Shown here: positions 3,945 through 9,085 of the stretch, in pieces | Numbering within the stretch: position 1 is the first letter of the stretch | Layout: each line of letters begins with the position of its first letter | Assembly (NCBI GenBank): GCA_964586355.1 | Contig: CAZPGO010000027.1 | Coordinates: 1-9,085 of the forward strand | Reading direction: 5' to 3' | From: an uncultured archaeon | GTDB lineage: Archaea > Iainarchaeota > Iainarchaeia > Iainarchaeales > CSSED10-239 | Length of the DNA stretch: 9,085 nt | Position numbers and translations under genes: made by a program | Notes under the pieces: generated by a model | What the model was told of the DNA's origin: nothing | The model's input: the letters and a program-made list of their open reading frames with translations, nothing else | The model's database searches: none

Positions 3945-5516
3945 ATGATCAAAAACAAAGGAGATAATGAAATAATTAGCCAAGCACTAATTATATTAAT
4001 CGTAACAATTACAGTAGGGTTGATTATAACTGTACTACTACCATTTATTGGAGAAATGCAATCAAAAATAAGATATGAAAACTCTGTTAAACAACTAGAT
4101 ATCCTTGATCAAAAAATCTCTGAAATTATAAATGCGCCTATTGGAACCACTAAAGAAATATATCTAAATTTAACTCAACTTCATCTAAGCATAGATAATA
4201 ACAAAATAGAAATATATTCAATAACAAATAACAATTCTTCATTTTTTAAAGACGGATTAAGAATTGATGAAGGAAATAAATATAGCTATAGAGAAGGTCA
4301 AAAAATAGTGGTTGGAATTAGTTATCCTAGTATTAGTTTTGGTGGTTCTATTAGTTTAGAAAATATAAATAATGTTAACTTAATAATTAAAAAAACAAAT
4401 AAAAACTATTTATCCATATCTCAAGAAAACATTACAAGTTCTCAATGGTATAGTTCTTCAAGAAACATCTATTCTCAAGATCAAGGAAACTATGAATTTA
4501 GAAAATTATTATTAATTAATTATTCTAAGGTTGAAGGAGATTTAAAAAATTTTCCAGTATTAATACACCTAGAAGATGAAGATCTAAAAAATTATGCAAA
4601 AAACGATGGATCAGACATAATGTTTACATTAGGAGATGGAGTAACTAAACTTAATAGAGAAATAGAAAGCTTTTTTCAAACAAAATATTTTTATAAAAAA
4701 ATAATAATAGATTCTTCAAAAGTAGAAGAAGATCTTATAGATTTTAAAATGCTATTTTCAACAAGTGATGAAGATCTAATAGAATATTCAAGAAATGATG
4801 GTAAAGATATTTATTTTACTCTTTTAGATAAAGAAACAAAAATTGATCATGAGATAGAATATTTTAATAAAGAAAATGGAAAATTAATTACATGGATAAA
4901 AATACCATTCATTTCCAAAACTAACAACACAGAAATATATATGTTTTTTGGAGATCAAATATACATTAATACAGAAAATATTTGGAATGAAAATTATTTG
5001 TTAGTACAACATCTTAACGACACTCCAAGTAATGGATTAGTTAATGGATTTATTGATTCTTCTATATATTCTAATCATGGAACAGCTACTGGTTTTTATA
5101 ATAATGAATATTCAAATACTGATTATAATGGAGTTATTGATGGAGCAATAATTTTAGATGTTAATAACAATTATATTAATTTAAATAACACCATTAATCT
5201 AAAAAAATCAGACAAATTTGTAATAAGCGGTTGGATTCAAAGAAAAGAAAGTGATCTTGAAACCTATGATGAACTATCCGAAAACATAATTACTCAAAAA
5301 GGATGGGGATCTTGGGCAATTGTTACAGATGATTCAAATATTTCTTTTGTTTTTGATGATGATGTTAAAAGATGTGAAACAGAAATAAATACAAACGAAT
5401 TTGTTAATTTTGTTTTTGTTAATGATGTTGATGATGATGTTGGGTATGGTAGTAATCGATTATTATTGTATATTAATGGAGAACTGGTTAATAATTGTCC
5501 AACAATTGATGAATAA
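3945..5516 (+). CDS. Membrane-anchored or pilin-like surface protein: N-terminal TM/class-III-like signal, 1.5 DUF2341 repeats, C-terminally truncated LamG (Laminin_G_3) domain
   Basis: 523 aa. N-terminus: 'MIKNKG DNEIISQALIILIVTITVGLIITVLLPFI'. DUF2341 signatures: 'YEFRKLLLINYSKVEGDLKNFPVLIHL...NDGSDIMF...LNREIESF' and 'YFYKKIIIDSSKVEEDLIDFKMLF...NDGKDIYF...IDHEIEYF...LITWIKIPFISKTNNTEIYMFFGD'. LamG start: 'WNENYLLVQHLND...DSSIYSNHGTA', then 'FVISGWIQ' and 'NRLLLYINGELVNN'. A stop follows immediately. Confidence 0.85.
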   Translation: MIKNKGDNEIISQALIILIVTITVGLIITVLLPFIGEMQSKIRYENSVKQLDILDQKISEIINAPIGTTKEIYLNLTQLHLSIDNNKIEIYSITNNNSSFFKDGLRIDEGNKYSYREGQKIVVGISYPSISFGGSISLENINNVNLIIKKTNKNYLSISQENITSSQWYSSSRNIYSQDQGNYEFRKLLLINYSKVEGDLKNFPVLIHLEDEDLKNYAKNDGSDIMFTLGDGVTKLNREIESFFQTKYFYKKIIIDSSKVEEDLIDFKMLFSTSDEDLIEYSRNDGKDIYFTLLDKETKIDHEIEYFNKENGKLITWIKIPFISKTNNTEIYMFFGDQIYINTENIWNENYLLVQHLNDTPSNGLVNGFIDSSIYSNHGTATGFYNNEYSNTDYNGVIDGAIILDVNNNYINLNNTINLKKSDKFVISGWIQRKESDLETYDELSENIITQKGWGSWAIVTDDSNISFVFDDDVKRCETEINTNEFVNFVFVNDVDDDVGYGSNRLLLYINGELVNNCPTIDE

Positions 5517-5535
5517 AAAATAAGGGTTTATATTT

Positions 5536-7071
5536 ATGTTAAAAAAAATTATTTTATTTTGTTTAATTTTGTTAATATTACCAAATACATTTGCAGAAAT
5601 AACAATAGAAGTTTTACCAGCACCTGTTATTAGTGCAGAGCTTGTTGAAGGAGGAGATCTATCTCCAAATACCACTTATTATTTTGCTGCATTTGCAGGA
5701 ATTATATCAAGTGGAGCATATGGGGGTAATTCAATTAGCCCTGCAAGTAATATGGTTACTATAACCACTACTGAAACACATAAATCAATTAAAATAATTT
5801 GGGGAGTTTTAGAAAGTCCAACAACACACACATTTATTAGATGGGATACAGATTCATTACAAGACGAAAATGGAGAATACATTCCACAAGAATCCAGAAA
5901 ATTTACTGCTCTTGGATGGTCTGGAAATTCAGGAACAGAAGTTACCTTAACTTCTCTTTCTGAACAAAGTGTGAGTTATGCTTTATTAACACATCCAGAA
6001 CTATCTATTTTACCAGAATATTTAGATTCTAGAATAAATAGAAAAAAAGGTATTTGTAAACTTACAATTACAGGAACAGAAACCTATGAAAATCTCATTA
6101 ACACAATAAGAAATAGTGATCATAATGATATGTTTATAATAAATAATAATTCATTTACTACTCTTTGTTCAATCTATGGAACAGGGTCACTAACCTTTGA
6201 AAATAAAAATATTAAATTTCTTTATACTAAAAATTTAAATCCAAACATAAACTTTAATAATTCTTTAATATTTTCAGAAAACAAAAGTCAAAGTGGTGGA
6301 AACTATGGAAATTTTTATAATTGTAGTATTAGAATAAATAATAATTATCAATACAGTTTTAAAAATGATTATTCCAACATAAAAATTAGTGGAGATCGAG
6401 AACTTCTATTGCACAATGGCATTAATAGTGATTTAGATCTTTCTTACGATCTAATAAAATATTATAGCACCGAAAAAATAAGAGAATTAACAAATATGAC
6501 CTACAGAAACAAGTCTGTATATCTATATCGATTTAGTTCCATAAAAGACACAAATACAGACATTTATAACAACTATTTTGAGAACTGTGGCACTCGTGAT
6601 CTATTACTTTATGCATCAAGTTCAGGTTATCTTTCTGAAGGTGTTACAGATGACTCAAATTATAATATTTATAATAGTTATAGTAATAGAGAAAGTAAAC
6701 TGCCATTAGTAAGCTATGTAGATCAATCTAGTTGGACAGGAGTGAGCAGAGTAAAAGCAAAATTATTTTACACTCAATATTTTAATATTACAGATAAATT
6801 TGGAAATCCAATAGATCAAGCAAAAATAATTATTAAAGATTCTAATAATACTACAATTTCTGAAATTTATACAGATATTAATGGATCTGTAGACTATAAC
6901 CTTATGACACATTTAATAGAATATGATGAAACAAATGCTAATGGATTAAGATCTAAATATCATTACCAAGGACCATTTACAATAACAGTTTCCAAATATG
7001 GATATTACTCATATAGATCTAAACAAGAAATAATTTCTGAAAAAAATCAAAAAATTAGTTTACAAAGTTAA
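5536..7071 (+). CDS. Secreted surface protein module: Sec signal peptide, Ig/FN3-like N-domain, Asn-rich beta-helix-like middle, C-terminal prealbumin/CarboxypepD_reg-like domain
   Basis: 511 aa. Signal peptide 'MLKKIILFCLILLILPNTFA|EITIE'. The upstream sequence has AAGGG about 10 nt before the ATG. The C-terminal 'FNITDKFGNPIDQAKIIIKDSNNTTISEIYTDINGSVDY...GPFTITVSKYGYYSY' fits the carboxypeptidase-regulatory-like fold pattern. It is a clear paralogue of the N-terminal roughly 520 aa of the next gene. Confidence 0.85.
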   Translation: MLKKIILFCLILLILPNTFAEITIEVLPAPVISAELVEGGDLSPNTTYYFAAFAGIISSGAYGGNSISPASNMVTITTTETHKSIKIIWGVLESPTTHTFIRWDTDSLQDENGEYIPQESRKFTALGWSGNSGTEVTLTSLSEQSVSYALLTHPELSILPEYLDSRINRKKGICKLTITGTETYENLINTIRNSDHNDMFIINNNSFTTLCSIYGTGSLTFENKNIKFLYTKNLNPNINFNNSLIFSENKSQSGGNYGNFYNCSIRINNNYQYSFKNDYSNIKISGDRELLLHNGINSDLDLSYDLIKYYSTEKIRELTNMTYRNKSVYLYRFSSIKDTNTDIYNNYFENCGTRDLLLYASSSGYLSEGVTDDSNYNIYNSYSNRESKLPLVSYVDQSSWTGVSRVKAKLFYTQYFNITDKFGNPIDQAKIIIKDSNNTTISEIYTDINGSVDYNLMTHLIEYDETNANGLRSKYHYQGPFTITVSKYGYYSYRSKQEIISEKNQKISLQS

Positions 7072-7082
7072 AAGGATAATAA

Positions 7083-9085
7083 ATGATTAAAAAATATAAT
7101 TTCATAGTTTTAATATTAATATTATTAATAATACCAAACATACATTCAGCAATAAATATAACCATTTTACAAAAACCAACACTTTCTTTAGAACTAGTAG
7201 AAGGCGGATCTTTAACAGAAAATACTAGATATTACTTTAGTGGATATAATCACCTTGGCTCAACACAACACAGTGATTCTGTTAGTCCTGCAGCAGATCA
7301 AGTTTATATAGATACAAACACAACACACAAAAGCATAAAAATAACCTGGGGCGAAATACCTTCTCCAGCAACAGAAATGGCAATTAAATGGGACACAATT
7401 CCTTTAGTTGATGAAAATGGAGAATTTATTCCAGATAGAAAAACATCAAATCTAAAATATTTAACAGCACCATCTGTTGGATTTACAGGAACCGAAACAA
7501 TAATGACTGATGAAATCTTAGTTGGGTCTATTGGTGCCTGGTCACACCTGGAATTATCTGTTCCAATAGAGGAAACAGATCCAAAAATCAATAGAAAAAA
7601 AGGAATTTGTTATATAGAAGTTACAGAGACACACACATATGAGGAATTTGTTACAGCAATTCAAAATTCAGATGCTAATGATTTAGTTTTAATAAATAGA
7701 GATAATATGATTTTACCTTGCTCAATATATGGATCTGGAAAAATAGAATTTAATAAAAAAAATATTACTTTTCTTTATTCTATATCCAAAAATTCAGAAA
7801 TAGAATTTAACAATTCACAAATACATTTTATATCTCCAAAACAAACAATAAACATTAATTTTAAACTAAATGAATCTACAATACTACCAAGCGACACAAG
7901 CATAGCATCAATTGCTTTATCTGGTTATTTTGGAAAAAATAATATTATATATTTTTCTGATTTTGCATTTAATTTACAAACATATACTTCTTTATCTGAT
8001 CTTATTTTGACAAACAACAGAATAAATTTTAGATATCCACAAGATAATTGGTATTTTAATAATTCGATAATAAATAATGGACATATATACCAATCACCAA
8101 CTATAAGCCAGAATAACGCAGATATTTATTATATTAATACAATCTGGAATAATAAAAACACAGCACAAACATATGATCTAATTATAGGAGATACTAGCTA
8201 CTACAAAAACAAATCAGAAGACTTTTATCAAAATGTATATCTAATAAACTCAAATAGCGATAGACCAGATAGACTCCCAATAATAAGATTTGCTGATTTT
8301 GATAATTCTAGTAATCTTATTGATATTAAAGTTTTTGTTTTACAAACATTAAGTTTTCAAATATTAGATCAAAATGGAGATCCTTTAGAAAATGCTACAA
8401 TATCTATTACAGATAATAACAATACTAATTATTTATTAACTACTAACTCACTTGGAGTTATAGATCAAAATACACAAACACATTTAATAAAATATAAATC
8501 CATATTAGAAGGTGGTGGAGATAATAGAACAGAAATAATAGATCTTAATCCTTTTACTATTGTTATAAATAAAGAAGGATATGAAACATATACAACAACA
8601 CAAACAATAAAAGAAAAAGAAGAATTTGTTATTAATTTACCAGAATCTAGTCTAAAAATTGGAGCTGTTCAAAAAGAAGGATTAGATATTAAGGGTTTTT
8701 CAGGAGTTGTTGATGAAATAAGAATAGCAGATAACATAAGATCTTCAAAAACTATAAAAGCAGAATATAATAATCAAGTGAATCCTAGTGAATTTTATAG
8801 TGTTGGATCAAAAGAAACAGCACCAACATCATCTTTATTTGCTTGGGTAAAAATACCTGAACTCTCTTCAACAAAAGACACACCGATCTACATGTATTTT
8901 GGAAACCCACTTGCAAATGAAACTAATGACAAAGAAACATGGGATGATGATTTTGTTATGGTACAACATCTTAATGAATCTCCAAATAATAATGAAATAG
9001 ACGGACATAAAGATTCTACAAAAAATAACAAACACGGAATAGCAAAAGGGTTTGATAATATTTATTCAACAACAAATATTCAAGG
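7083..9085 (+). CDS. Partial (3'-open) mosaic surface protein: paralogous module (signal peptide, Ig/FN3-like, beta-helix-like, prealbumin-like) fused to a LamG C-terminal fragment, a DUF2341 C-terminal half and a new LamG start
   Basis: Not in the supplied ORF track because it has no stop in the window. I translated it codon by codon from the ATG at 7083 (preceded by AAGGATAATAA) to 9085 and found no in-frame stop. It starts 'MIKKYNFIVLILILLIIPNIHS|AINITILQKPTLSLELVEGGSL...'. Later features: 'FQILDQNGDPLENATISITD...FTIVINKEGYETY', then 'SLKIGAVQKEGLDIKGFSGVVDEIRIADNIRSSKTIKAEYNNQ', then 'LFAWVKIPELSSTKDTPIYMYFGNP', then 'WDDDFVMVQHLNESPNN'. Confidence 0.85.
   Translation, partial: MIKKYNFIVLILILLIIPNIHSAINITILQKPTLSLELVEGGSLTENTRYYFSGYNHLGSTQHSDSVSPAADQVYIDTNTTHKSIKITWGEIPSPATEMAIKWDTIPLVDENGEFIPDRKTSNLKYLTAPSVGFTGTETIMTDEILVGSIGAWSHLELSVPIEETDPKINRKKGICYIEVTETHTYEEFVTAIQNSDANDLVLINRDNMILPCSIYGSGKIEFNKKNITFLYSISKNSEIEFNNSQIHFISPKQTININFKLNESTILPSDTSIASIALSGYFGKNNIIYFSDFAFNLQTYTSLSDLILTNNRINFRYPQDNWYFNNSIINNGHIYQSPTISQNNADIYYINTIWNNKNTAQTYDLIIGDTSYYKNKSEDFYQNVYLINSNSDRPDRLPIIRFADFDNSSNLIDIKVFVLQTLSFQILDQNGDPLENATISITDNNNTNYLLTTNSLGVIDQNTQTHLIKYKSILEGGGDNRTEIIDLNPFTIVINKEGYETYTTTQTIKEKEEFVINLPESSLKIGAVQKEGLDIKGFSGVVDEIRIADNIRSSKTIKAEYNNQVNPSEFYSVGSKETAPTSSLFAWVKIPELSSTKDTPIYMYFGNPLANETNDKETWDDDFVMVQHLNESPNNNEIDGHKDSTKNNKHGIAKGFDNIYSTTNIQ

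Noticed and set aside
5490-5560. Frameshift or sequencing-error explanation for the stop between the first and second surface genes
   Set aside because: Reading through or shifting frame does not continue the LamG domain. The downstream ORF starts with its own RBS-like site, ATG and canonical signal peptide. Its paralogue has the same start 1.5 kb later.
5463-5882. Two minus-strand ORFs (70 aa and 67 aa)
   Set aside because: Antisense to the junction of the first and second surface-protein genes, both of which carry clear domain signatures. Shadow ORFs.
7304-7591. 95-aa minus-strand ORF
   Set aside because: Lies inside the long plus-strand ORF starting at 7083. That ORF is paralogous to the 5536 gene over this exact stretch, so the plus frame is the coding one.
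3945-9085. Diversity-generating retroelement target or template repeats in the surface-protein genes
   Set aside because: No reverse transcriptase ORF and no near-identical repeat pair of about 100 bp with adenine-specific differences. The paralogue similarity is protein-level and distributed.

Overview
AT-rich prokaryotic window (GC about 25-30% by eye). It most likely comes from a small-genome, DPANN-type archaeon. Supporting this: archaeal-style tRNA D-loops, TATA-like boxes at -32..-23 of both tRNA genes, no encoded CCA after tRNA-His, a pilin-like N-terminus, and DUF2341/LamG surface proteins. The domain-of-life call is inference.

Left part (1-3843): an accessory islet bounded by tRNA-Thr(GGU) and tRNA-His(GUG), both on the minus strand. 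It holds a RimJ/RimL-type GNAT acetyltransferase, a small DUF4405-like membrane protein, a CapRel-like fused toxSAS (RelA/SpoT-type pyrophosphokinase, anti-phage family), a RelE-family toxin with its upstream antitoxin, and a plus-strand nucleoside 2-deoxyribosyltransferase-like protein.

Right part (3945-9085): three co-directional plus-strand genes for anchored or secreted surface proteins. The first has a TM/pilin-like N-terminus, 1.5 DUF2341 repeats and a LamG domain that stops mid-fold. The second and third are paralogous modules (signal peptide, Ig/FN3-like domain, beta-helix-like region, prealbumin-like domain). The third is missing from the ORF track because it runs off the window.

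Main observations:
(1) The CapRel-like gene sits in a 1446-bp unit bracketed by 64-bp direct repeats that duplicate the 5' end of the membrane-protein gene. This looks like a cassette inserted into an older antitoxin-RelE-membrane operon.
(2) The missing C-terminal strands of the first gene's LamG domain reappear 3.1 kb downstream, fused behind the second paralogous module. This suggests a gene-in-gene insertion or recombination mosaic.
(3) A GC-rich element (TTTGCGCGG core) occurs four times in otherwise AT-rich intergenic DNA.
(4) GATC, and especially AGATCT, is strongly over-represented.

No integrase, transposase, CRISPR array or rRNA was seen.
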